A DNA stretch of 64,000 nt, from positions 7,795 to 71,794 of IMG/VR virus record IMGVR_UViG_3300009712_000884; one strand, 5' to 3'. Below the pieces are notes generated by a model that had not been told where the DNA came from, ran no database searches, and saw nothing but the letters and a program-made list of their open reading frames with translations. Both the position numbers and the translations under genes were made by a program. This document shows positions 48,590 to 57,380 of the stretch, one piece after another; position 1 is the first letter of the stretch, and each line of letters opens with the position of its first letter. Source of the stretch: a virus. Taxonomy: Duplodnaviria > Caudoviricetes.

Positions 48590-49222
48590 ATGAAACTTAC
48601 TCGCGAGATGTTTCCTAATTTGAAATATTATGATAACGATTTTGAGTTACAGGTAATGTGCGATAATTTAGAGATAGAAAAAGGGATGAGAGTTTTGGAT
48701 CTAGGTTGTTGTGATTCCAATTTGTCAGAGGTTCTTCAGAAGCAAGGATGTGAAGCCTGGGGTGTAGATTTACGTCCTTATACTAATGCTCCTTTTAAGT
48801 TTTTTCAAGAAGACTTTCTTAAGTGTAAACTTCCGGAAAATTATTTTGATATTGTTGTTGATGTTAGTACTTTACATCACTTGGGAGTTGGTTATTTGGA
48901 TTCTCCCGGTGCGGTGGAGGATTTTGACGCTGATATTAAAGCCGTAAGAAAGATATTCGAGATTTTGAAACCAGGAGGTTTGTTTTATGTAAGTACCAAT
49001 CATTTCTCTTTTTCATACCAGATTTTAAAAGGATTATGTCGTCTGTACAGTATAGACTCTTTTTTAGAACGGGTAGCTAAACCTTTTAAGATTCTTGAGA
49101 TTAAATACTATGTTGCTCGTCAGTATCCTTTAACTTTTTATAGAACTTTAGATGAATTTAAACTTGACGAGGTAAAAAGAATACAGTTTTTTGCAAAGTT
49201 AGAGAAGGAGCAAACAGGATGA
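48590..49222 (+). CDS. Class I SAM-dependent methyltransferase
   Basis: VLDLGC, GVDLR, FDIVV..STLHH, ILKPGG. Confidence 0.85.
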   Translation: MKLTREMFPNLKYYDNDFELQVMCDNLEIEKGMRVLDLGCCDSNLSEVLQKQGCEAWGVDLRPYTNAPFKFFQEDFLKCKLPENYFDIVVDVSTLHHLGVGYLDSPGAVEDFDADIKAVRKIFEILKPGGLFYVSTNHFSFSYQILKGLCRLYSIDSFLERVAKPFKILEIKYYVARQYPLTFYRTLDEFKLDEVKRIQFFAKLEKEQTG

Positions 49223-49716
49223 AGACAGCGAAAAGAGGTAAGGGTAGTAAAGACAAGGGAGCAGGATTTGAAAATACAGTAGCAAAACTGTTGACTAATG
49301 CTACTGGCTGGAAATGGGTAAGAACACCTTTGAGCGGTGGTTGGTTACATAATAAAGAGTTCAATGTTGCAGGAGATCTTATGTGTGAAAAAAAGGTGAA
49401 GTTGTTTGTTGAGTGTAAAAAAGAAGAAGCACCGTTACCTGGTTTACATGTTCTTTTTGAATCTGATAATATTTTACACAGATGGTATGATTATCATGCA
49501 CGTAAATGTGACGAATCTAGTATTCCTATTTTGGTTTTTTCAAAAAACTATTTTCCTATTTTGTTTTACATGAAGTATATACATTTTAAAAGTTTTTCTT
49601 ATGAAGGAATATATTTAAGGTGTGTTGATAAAACTAGTACATTTGTTGTTGGTGATTTTAGACGATTAGTGGAAAGTAAAAATTTTAAAGAGGTTATACA
49701 AGGAGGTGGTGTGTGA
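49219..49716 (+). CDS. Hjc-like PD-(D/E)xK Holliday junction resolvase
   Basis: KGAGFE..VA, GDL, FVECKK. Confidence 0.75.
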   Translation: MKTAKRGKGSKDKGAGFENTVAKLLTNATGWKWVRTPLSGGWLHNKEFNVAGDLMCEKKVKLFVECKKEEAPLPGLHVLFESDNILHRWYDYHARKCDESSIPILVFSKNYFPILFYMKYIHFKSFSYEGIYLRCVDKTSTFVVGDFRRLVESKNFKEVIQGGGV

Positions 49717-49848
49717 AACAATCACACACCAGAAGTAGTAAATGTGATGTTTTGTATGATGGATATGAGGCTTTACTGTGTAGGTTGTTTGGATTTAAGA
49801 CGCTAGTAAAAGGTCAGAGAATTTTTGTAAAACATAGGGAGGTAAAGT

Positions 49849-50190
49849 GTGACAGAAAAAGAACTCAAAAGTTTAATTGATAAAACAATTTTACCTGCTT
49901 GTAAAGGAGTATTATATGGTAAGGGAAGAGCTTATTCGGGAGTAAGGAAAGCGAAGGATTGTCTTGCAAATTTTAAAAGAGGTGCTTTGTTAACTGGATT
50001 GAAAGTTGAACAGGTGTGTTTTATTTACTTGGCAAAGCATTTTGATGCAATTGCTTCTTGGACAAGAGGTGAGTATAAAGATGATACAGAGGGTATTGAG
50101 AGTCGAATTATTGATGCAATAAACTATTTGTTTTTGTTGTATGCTATCAAGATTGAGAAGGATAAAGAAAATAAGAAAGAGAAGATGTAA
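49849..50190 (+). CDS. Nucleotide-modification-associated all-alpha protein (DUF1599/MazG-like)
   Basis: KGRAYS..LANF...IESRIIDAINYL. Confidence 0.55.
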   Translation: MTEKELKSLIDKTILPACKGVLYGKGRAYSGVRKAKDCLANFKRGALLTGLKVEQVCFIYLAKHFDAIASWTRGEYKDDTEGIESRIIDAINYLFLLYAIKIEKDKENKKEKM

Positions 50191-50233
50191 TAATTTGAGT
50201 GGTACAAAAAATTATTCTAAACAAGGTGATATA

Positions 50234-50581
50234 ATGACAACACATGCGGTTGAAGATTATAGGAGTTTGGGGGATTGTGAAGAAAGGCCTGTTGAACAAC
50301 AAGAAGAGCCAAGGGTTTACTATTATACAGTTGATGGTGTAGAGAAAGCGTATGTTGACCAGCCGGTTTCTGTACAGTTTGCACGAGCAATAAACTCAGT
50401 TGTTAAGAAGATAGTAAACTTAGATCTTGAAAAAGGTGCTATGGTAACAGGAGATGTATTAGAACCTGTTTTTGGAGTAATAGGAGGGTTTCTTGTAGCT
50501 TATATACTAGGTGTACTCTTTGTAGCGTTTTTTCCTCTATCACTTATAGTAGTCGCATTATTCGGAAGGAATAATTATTAA
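50234..50581 (+). CDS. Hypothetical protein with C-terminal TM segment
   Basis: Hydrophobic C-terminus; start at ATG 50234. Confidence 0.45.
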   Translation: MTTHAVEDYRSLGDCEERPVEQQEEPRVYYYTVDGVEKAYVDQPVSVQFARAINSVVKKIVNLDLEKGAMVTGDVLEPVFGVIGGFLVAYILGVLFVAFFPLSLIVVALFGRNNY

Positions 50582-50942
50582 ATGAAAGAAATAATTAAAA
50601 GAGGAGATTTGGTATTCTGGTATCCTTGTAATTGGATTACTAAGATAATTGCATATTTTTCAGGGAGATATAGCCATGTTGGAATTTATCTTGGTGATAA
50701 TCAAGTTTTATCGTGTCGAGCGGAAGGTGTAGTAATAGATGAGTATTATGAAATATGATTTTTTAGGTCTTTTGAAATATTTGTTTAAAAGGATGTCTAA
50801 TCCAAGAAAATTTTGGTGTTCGGAATTTATTGCTTGGGGTTGTTACTACATTGAGTTACTTCCGGAAAGTCTTGAGCTTTCGCCGGTTGAATTGGCAAAT
50901 CAATGTTTTGTTAGTTTTATTACAAGTGTTGGAGGTAAATAA
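50582..50942 (+). pseudogene. Split permuted papain-like NlpC/P60 (YiiX/YebB-type) amidase
   Basis: 50582-50758 (not in the ORF track) encodes RGDLVF..YSHVGIYLG..GV; a different frame (50739-50942) encodes KYDF..FWCSEFI..SPVEL. Confidence 0.7.
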
Positions 50943-50955
50943 AAAAGAAAAGGAG

Positions 50956-51282
50956 ATGATAGAAATGAAAGAAATAGTAGGAAAAAGAACAGCTCAGAAT
51001 GACGCTGAAGAAGCACAGAGAGAACTGAAATATCATATTGAACGAATTGAAATACTTCTTGGAAAGCTTGAAAGAAATATAAATGTTGTGAGTGAGATAA
51101 AAAATGAATTAGAGAAAATAGAAGAGATATTTGCAGAGTATGGAGATCAATTTTCAGAGATTTCAGCGGAGGATTATCTGATTAGAAAATTAGAAAGACA
51201 GAGTAGGAGGAAGACTGATTCTGGAACAAAGAAGATTACAAGTGTAATTGCAGCCAGGATAAAACAGCCTTTGGTAAAGTAG
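50956..51282 (+). CDS. Hypothetical coiled-coil protein with RTAQ leader
   Basis: AGGAG RBS before ATG 50956; MIEMKEIVGKRTAQ. Confidence 0.55.
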   Translation: MIEMKEIVGKRTAQNDAEEAQRELKYHIERIEILLGKLERNINVVSEIKNELEKIEEIFAEYGDQFSEISAEDYLIRKLERQSRRKTDSGTKKITSVIAARIKQPLVK

Positions 51283-51336
51283 TTAAAGTTTTGAGTAAAT
51301 AAATATGTGAAAAAAAAAATTCAAAGAGGAGGAAGA

Positions 51337-52122
51337 ATGAGATTGATAGATGTAGTTGATTATTCAACACCTGTTTATCTTGTACCACTTGGCGATGTTC
51401 ATCTTGGTGCTTTTAACGTGGATTTTCAGAAGTTTGAGGGTTATGTAAAGTGGATAAAGGAGAATAATGCTTACACTGTTTTGATGGGTGATTTATTTGA
51501 TGTTGCAACACTGGATAGTGAAACTAGTCCATTTGAGCAAAGTATGTCACTGAATGAAGCAATGCGTTATTTGAAGAATATTTTGTATCCTGTAAAGGAC
51601 AAAATTTTGTGTGCGATCGAGGGAAATCATGAATTGAGATTAAGAAAGAAGGCAGGTTTTTCGGTGACGGAAAGTTTTTGTGACCAACTTGGTATAACAT
51701 ATGCAAAGTTTTCCGCTGTGTTGAGATTTAGAATCGGTCGTAAACGAAGATCTTTTCCTGAAATGACGTCTCCAAGGATAGAATATATGCTTTTTTGTCA
51801 TCATTCTACAGGAGGAGGTCGTACAATAGGAGGTCGATTGAACAGAGCTGAACAGTTGAAGTTTATATTTGAAGGCGCTGATGCTTATATAATAGGGCAT
51901 AATCATGCGAAAGCACTGGGCGAGGAAGATGTGTTTCGTGTTGTAAAATCGGGTAATGGTAAAGCAAAGGTTGTAAACTGTCGAGTTTATTATATTGACA
52001 GCGGTTCGTTTTTGATTTATGAGGGTTCCTACGCGGAAGCAAGTATGTTACGACCAACAAATACAGGTGCTGTTCGAATACGAATGAATGGAGTAAGAAA
52101 AGATTTGCATGTATCTTATTGA
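51337..52122 (+). CDS. Calcineurin-like metallophosphoesterase
   Basis: GDVH, GDLFD, GNHE, HH, GHNH; start at ATG 51337. Confidence 0.88.
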   Translation: MRLIDVVDYSTPVYLVPLGDVHLGAFNVDFQKFEGYVKWIKENNAYTVLMGDLFDVATLDSETSPFEQSMSLNEAMRYLKNILYPVKDKILCAIEGNHELRLRKKAGFSVTESFCDQLGITYAKFSAVLRFRIGRKRRSFPEMTSPRIEYMLFCHHSTGGGRTIGGRLNRAEQLKFIFEGADAYIIGHNHAKALGEEDVFRVVKSGNGKAKVVNCRVYYIDSGSFLIYEGSYAEASMLRPTNTGAVRIRMNGVRKDLHVSY

Positions 52123-52202
52123 AAACAGAAGCAGAAAGTCCAGTAGGTTGATGGAGTAATAAAGTTTTTTGTTTATACAATAATTTTGTAAAGGAGGATA
52201 AA

Positions 52203-52784
52203 ATGTTGGTAAAGAGGTCACAGTTGAGTGAAATTCCTTCGTACATTGATGTTACAAAGGTAGCAGAGAGATGTAAAGAATCAGAACGAGAGTTTAAATC
52301 AGTGTGGAAAAGCGAAGGAGATCATATTTGTAGAACTGTTGACGACGAGGTTGTTACACTTGTTAATGATGAAAAGAAAGCACAGTTGATGGAAAACAAG
52401 GAAGAATCGTTTGAAACAGGTGTTTACTATCCGGCAGTAACTAGAAGTGGAGACAGGTTGTTGACAACGATGTTACTTTCTGGTTTACAAAAAGACTTGG
52501 TAAAAACTGATTTTGTGAAGGGTTTGTGGACATTGCCGATTGAGATTTTATATGGTCTGAAGAGTAAAGAGATTATCAAGGGTTTTTCAAGTAAGACTCC
52601 TGGTTTAATGGAAACTGCTACTTTCTTTCTTTCATTATTTGGTGAGTCAAAGTTACTTTCTGATGGTAAAACTCGAGTAATTGATGTTCCGGCTCATAGA
52701 TGGTGGGAAGCGTTACATGCATTGCTTGAGAATGAATATGTAGAGTTATTTTCTGAGAGGAAAATAGAAAAGTTGAAGGTGTAA
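52203..52784 (+). CDS. Hypothetical protein with KRSQ/KKAQ motifs
   Basis: AAGGAGG RBS; MLVKRSQ; KKAQ at 52374. Confidence 0.55.
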   Translation: MLVKRSQLSEIPSYIDVTKVAERCKESEREFKSVWKSEGDHICRTVDDEVVTLVNDEKKAQLMENKEESFETGVYYPAVTRSGDRLLTTMLLSGLQKDLVKTDFVKGLWTLPIEILYGLKSKEIIKGFSSKTPGLMETATFFLSLFGESKLLSDGKTRVIDVPAHRWWEALHALLENEYVELFSERKIEKLKV

Positions 52785-52785
52785 G

Positions 52786-53025
52786 ATGGCAGTTTGGGAT
52801 GAAATTGTTAACGCTGCACATAACCAAAAGACTGTGGAGATAACTTACATGAAGAAATCAGGCGAAGTAGTAATACACGAAGTAGAGCCGTATTCAGTTA
52901 GAGGAAATCTGTTTTATGGTTATCGTGTTGATGTAGGTGAAATAAGAGCTTTTTTGATTGATAATTTAATAGACGCGCGTTCAACAGGTAATCATTTTGA
53001 ACCACGTTGGCCGATAGAACTGTAA
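52786..53025 (+). CDS. Stand-alone WYL-domain protein
   Basis: VEITY....G.....VEPY.......YGY......RAF..D.I. Confidence 0.7.
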   Translation: MAVWDEIVNAAHNQKTVEITYMKKSGEVVIHEVEPYSVRGNLFYGYRVDVGEIRAFLIDNLIDARSTGNHFEPRWPIEL

Positions 53026-53043
53026 CAGAAACAGGAGGAAATT

Positions 53044-54453
53044 ATGCTATTTAATAGAATTACACATGCAAAACTGAGACCATTGGAAGCCTCGGATGTT
53101 TATTCAGATTTCAAGCAGTTGTTACAGGAAGCTACATTTCATGTAAAGAAGACAGCTAGAAGATTTGGTGTTAATTTACATAAGGTAGAATATGTAGACG
53201 ACGAGCCCGGTGAGGTTGATTATCCACGTTTTAGTAACGGGCTTATAGTGTTGAAGGGATACTATGTACATAAAGGTAGAAGACGTTATTTTTATGCAGG
53301 TTTTCAGGTTGAGAATGGTAAAGTAAAACCGCTGGATATTGTGTATGACGAACAGAAGCAGCCTTATGAATTTACACGAGAAGGAATAAAGCGTTTACTT
53401 GGTGATTGGAAAACAAGTACAAAAGGTGGTTTAACTTTTTTTCGAAAGTTTGAAAAAGCGTTATTACAGAGAGATATTGAAAAGCCGAATGAAAAGGAGG
53501 GAGTAGTAGTCGACGAAGAGACCAAAGGTAAAGAGATTGTTGCGATTGTAAATAGCAAAGGAGAAAGAGAATATGTACCTGTTGTATGTTTAAGTAAAAT
53601 ACCAACCGTGTTGAAAACAGCACAAAAAGAGGAAGAAGATATAGAAGAGTTACCTTTACGTGTACACAGAGTAAAAAAATTTCCCGAATCTACTCAATTT
53701 CCTATTGAAACTAAAACTCCTGAGTCATTACAACAGTATGTTGATATGATAGATAAGTTACTAGATTTACAAGAATCATTAAAGGAGGATGCGAGAAAGA
53801 TTTTACAGCAGTATGAAGAAAGAAAAGAATCGGTAAGTGAAGAAGTAGTTGCTCTGGCAAAAAAAATCCTAGGAGATGCAGAGATACAAGATAACAGAAT
53901 TTATGATATAGGTGATAAACTTGTTTTAATACAAAGAGCATGGATTAGTTCACGCATAAAGAAAAGACCTGATGCAGAACAGGTTTACAATCTTGCACTA
54001 GCAGAGTTAGACGAAGAGTTGAAGGAAAAAGTATTAAGGAAAGTTGAAGAGCTAAAGAAAGCCTTGACTGTTGAGGTTGGTGTAATTGGTCCAAAAATTG
54101 AGTACAAGTATAAAGCTCCTGAGATACAAGAATCAAAACCTTCAGCAGAAGTAGTTGAGAAAAAAGGACAATTTAGTGATTTGTTTGATGTGTATGAGGA
54201 GTATACTGAGGGATTACTAAAGGTACAATCAATTCTTGATACACTTTTTTACAAAGTGAAAGAACAGTCATTACCTAAAATACCGTTAGGCAAAGAAGCA
54301 CAACTAGAGTGGTCAGAATCTTCTACACATGCATATTTGAAACCAAGACGTACGTATGCACAGGTGCAAAAGAGAATATCTGTAAGTCAGATAATAGAAG
54401 AGTGGAACAAAGGTAATATTTCAGAAAAGAGAGTTCTTGAGTTAATGAAGTGA
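53044..54453 (+). CDS. Multi-segment hypothetical protein (KTAQ, KKGQ, KEAQ motifs)
   Basis: AGGAGG RBS; motifs at 53614, 54160 and 54292. Confidence 0.55.
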   Translation: MLFNRITHAKLRPLEASDVYSDFKQLLQEATFHVKKTARRFGVNLHKVEYVDDEPGEVDYPRFSNGLIVLKGYYVHKGRRRYFYAGFQVENGKVKPLDIVYDEQKQPYEFTREGIKRLLGDWKTSTKGGLTFFRKFEKALLQRDIEKPNEKEGVVVDEETKGKEIVAIVNSKGEREYVPVVCLSKIPTVLKTAQKEEEDIEELPLRVHRVKKFPESTQFPIETKTPESLQQYVDMIDKLLDLQESLKEDARKILQQYEERKESVSEEVVALAKKILGDAEIQDNRIYDIGDKLVLIQRAWISSRIKKRPDAEQVYNLALAELDEELKEKVLRKVEELKKALTVEVGVIGPKIEYKYKAPEIQESKPSAEVVEKKGQFSDLFDVYEEYTEGLLKVQSILDTLFYKVKEQSLPKIPLGKEAQLEWSESSTHAYLKPRRTYAQVQKRISVSQIIEEWNKGNISEKRVLELMK

Positions 54454-54483
54454 TATTTTTCTTTTGACATAGGAGGTAAGAAG

Positions 54484-54843
54484 ATGAAAATAACGTCGGT
54501 TGAAATTAGTTTAGTGTCTGAAAAAGCAAACAGTCGACTGAGAGGCTATGCAAAAGTAGTTTTTGATGATGTTTTTGCGGTAAGTAATATTAGAATTATC
54601 GAAGGCAGAGGAGGTTTGTTTGTCGCAATGCCGAGTAGGGAAAAAACGAGACCTTGTCCTTCATGTAATACTACTGTTGCTTTTAGAGATGCGTTTTGTA
54701 AAAAGTGTGGAAGTTCATTAACTGTTGTAAGGTCGGCGGCTTGGTATAAAGATGTTGCTTATCCTGTTACAAGTACGTTTGCAAAACAGCTTTCAGATAG
54801 AATACTGATGGAGTATGAAAAGTATTTGAAAAGTAAAAGTTAG
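54484..54843 (+). CDS. spoVG: SpoVG-family protein with inserted Zn ribbon
   Basis: MKITSV..LRGYAKVVFDDVFAV..IRIIEG..GLFVAMPSR [CPSC..FCKKCG] YKDVAYPV. Confidence 0.85.
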   Translation: MKITSVEISLVSEKANSRLRGYAKVVFDDVFAVSNIRIIEGRGGLFVAMPSREKTRPCPSCNTTVAFRDAFCKKCGSSLTVVRSAAWYKDVAYPVTSTFAKQLSDRILMEYEKYLKSKS

Positions 54844-54860
54844 AAAAATACAAATAAGAA

Positions 54861-55160
54861 ATGATTACACTTTATCGTTCAACAGGTGAAAGAGTAGGTT
54901 TTGTTAAGAATAATATTTTGTTTTCAAACGACGGTGTAAGTATCGGCTATGTTAAAGGTAATGACGTCTTTTTAAATGATGGTGTTTACATGGGTCGTTT
55001 ATTACATTTCGGCGATAGATATATGGTTTTAAGACAAAAAGCAGTGATCGGTGTAAAGGGTGTATCAAAGATATCAGAAGTCAGTTTTTTACCTGTTTTA
55101 CCGAATACTGTAAAATTAACAAAAGTTATTTTACCTGTGGGTTGGCAGGATGCATTATAA
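54861..55160 (+). CDS. Repetitive beta-strand protein (4-fold beta-flower-like)
   Basis: Repeated G..[VIM]G[FYR][VL]....[LV]F..DG units. Confidence 0.5.
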   Translation: MITLYRSTGERVGFVKNNILFSNDGVSIGYVKGNDVFLNDGVYMGRLLHFGDRYMVLRQKAVIGVKGVSKISEVSFLPVLPNTVKLTKVILPVGWQDAL

Positions 55161-55183
55161 TTATAAAAAGTATAGGAGGTAAA

Positions 55184-56122
55184 GTGAATGGGTGTGAAAA
55201 GAAAGACAGGTTTGTCAAGAGCAAGAATAAAATCAGTAGTCAGAAGAAACAAGCGATTAATACAAAAGCTCAAACATCTGTGATTTATCCTACTGCTGAT
55301 GATGTTTTTTATATTGCTGATTTGATAGCCAAACAGTCAAATCAACAGGTTATTCCTTTAAAAGATTGTAGAGGAAAAATTGAAGCAGCTATTGCAAGAG
55401 CACAGGGAGTTTATTTTGGCCGTGAGTTGTTTCCTACATTATTTAGTAAAGCTGCAGTATTATTAACATCTCTTGCACTTGCACATCCTTTTTCCGACGG
55501 TAATAAAAGAATTGCGTCAGCTGTAGCACTGGCTTTTCTTGAAGAAAATCTTGGTGTATCAATTACTCTAGCATTTCAATTGGTTGATGAGTTTGTTGAA
55601 CTGGTTTTAGGTGCGGTTCAACGTCATGTAACTGTTGAAGAAGTTGAGAAATGGTTTGAAAAGAATATTGGCACAATAAAAAAGCAGGGTTGGTATGTGG
55701 GTTTGATTGATAGTTGTTTAATGAAACTTGCACAGAATGAGAGAGAGGAAGAACTCGATCTCAATTCTGTTATTCCAAATTTTGAATACATATTAAGAGA
55801 TTGTGTTCGTAAACAAGTAAAAAGAAATTTGTCTTATGTTGTTAGGTTCTTTAACGATGATGTATATACACAGCTGTGTGATACAGTTTGGCGTTATCAG
55901 TTAGATACTATTGATATTTGTGATGTTGATGCTGATCAATTAGACTTTATGTGGGATTCGTTTGAGGATCTTCTAGAGGATTTAGAAAATTATATTCCTG
56001 ATATAGAGGAAAGAGTTTATGAGGGAGATTCGGGTGAACTTACACCTTTTGGTGAAGTATTAAAAGCATGGTATGAAAACGATGCTCCAGAAATATTTGA
56101 GGATTTTGTGTATGACATATAA
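55184..56122 (+). CDS. Doc-type Fic domain plus an acidic C-terminal domain
   Basis: LFSKAA..L..AHPFSDGNKR; start moved to GTG 55184 (AGGAGGT RBS). Confidence 0.85.
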   Translation: MNGCEKKDRFVKSKNKISSQKKQAINTKAQTSVIYPTADDVFYIADLIAKQSNQQVIPLKDCRGKIEAAIARAQGVYFGRELFPTLFSKAAVLLTSLALAHPFSDGNKRIASAVALAFLEENLGVSITLAFQLVDEFVELVLGAVQRHVTVEEVEKWFEKNIGTIKKQGWYVGLIDSCLMKLAQNEREEELDLNSVIPNFEYILRDCVRKQVKRNLSYVVRFFNDDVYTQLCDTVWRYQLDTIDICDVDADQLDFMWDSFEDLLEDLENYIPDIEERVYEGDSGELTPFGEVLKAWYENDAPEIFEDFVYDI

Positions 56123-56383
56123 ACACGATATGTTGAATATGTAAACGGAATTGTGAAGCAGTGGGATGATAAGGTGGAAAAAGAGGTAAAGAAGTATAAA
56201 AGAAATCATGGTGGAGAAGAACCGCCAGATGAGTTTTATATACAGTTGGATAATACATTTCGGACATCTAATTCACTTGACGTGACTGAAGAGGTTTTTT
56301 CTGATCTATTTGAAGAGTATCCTTGGGAGCGAATGAAGCTTGAGCCCGGTGGTGATATAAAATTATCGATACATTATACATAA
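56123..56383 (+). other. In-frame continuation of the Doc-domain gene past TAA 56120-56122
   Basis: Same frame, open immediately after the stop (TRYVEYVNGIVKQWDD...); no RBS for GTG 56153. Confidence 0.55.
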
Positions 56384-56425
56384 TAAACACTGTGTTTAAA
56401 AAAATAATTTTAAACGGAGGTAAGA

Positions 56426-57019
56426 ATGAAAAAGATGAAAAGGATAGCAGTAGAGGATATTTTTGGATTTTTTTATGGATTAAAAGATTTGATTACTGAA
56501 AAATCGGAAGAATTACAAGAATTACTTGAATCACAACATCTGTTAAATGAAGCACGAGAGTTTACTGGTGCATACTATGGATTACTAAGTGATGTTGATC
56601 ACTTTCTTGATGTTGTTAACCGTGTGGAGGGAAAACTTGGTCCAGTAAAGGAGATATCTGAAGAAATACCAGGTGAGGAAATTACAATACCGATTACAAG
56701 AGAAGCTTTGGTTTCCGGCGAGGATGAGCACGAGGAGCTGCTTGATAAAAAACTTGGTTCAAACGAGAAAATTAAACCCGGTGATAGAATAACAACTCTA
56801 CCTCCTCTCGATAGGAAAGATAGCGTTGGTTCACAGTATGATCCAGAATTCTTAGCCGAAGAATGTGTTAGACTTGTTTCACATGGAGAAAGAATTGGTG
56901 GTGTGTATACATCAGTGAAAGAAGCGTTTGAGGAACTTGTAAAAAAAGATGTGAATTTAAATAAAAGTCAAATTGAAAAGACACGTGCAATATTGAAAAG
57001 CTGGGGCTTTACAGTGTAA
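56426..57019 (+). CDS. Acidic hypothetical protein
   Basis: GGAGGT RBS; 197 aa. Confidence 0.55.
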   Translation: MKKMKRIAVEDIFGFFYGLKDLITEKSEELQELLESQHLLNEAREFTGAYYGLLSDVDHFLDVVNRVEGKLGPVKEISEEIPGEEITIPITREALVSGEDEHEELLDKKLGSNEKIKPGDRITTLPPLDRKDSVGSQYDPEFLAEECVRLVSHGERIGGVYTSVKEAFEELVKKDVNLNKSQIEKTRAILKSWGFTV

Positions 57020-57051
57020 ATTTGTGCGGAGTTAAGCGAAAGGAGTTGTGA

Positions 57052-57345
57052 ATGAGACGAGAATTACGAAGAAAAGATGAGTATGTAGAAGAAATTGTAC
57101 TGACTAACGAGGAGTTGGAGAGAATAAAAGAACAAGCTGTCGATGAAAGTGTTTTTCGAAATACAGTACTTCAAGATCTATCACTTGTAAAGAAGAGAAT
57201 TGAACAGATGAACGGCTGTGTTAGAGAACACGAGAAACAACTGGCAGCTAATACAGTTGCACATAGGCTTTTTCTGTGGATTTTTGGAGTGCTTTTTTCG
57301 ATTATGATTGCATTGGCATCGTTATGGTGTAGCGGTTTAAAATAG
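57052..57345 (+). CDS. Coiled-coil protein with C-terminal TM helix
   Basis: AAGGAG RBS; LFLWIFGVLFSIMIALASLW. Confidence 0.55.
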   Translation: MRRELRRKDEYVEEIVLTNEELERIKEQAVDESVFRNTVLQDLSLVKKRIEQMNGCVREHEKQLAANTVAHRLFLWIFGVLFSIMIALASLWCSGLK

Positions 57346-57380
57346 AGTTTTTGAGTTATATATTGTAAAGGGAGTAAAAT

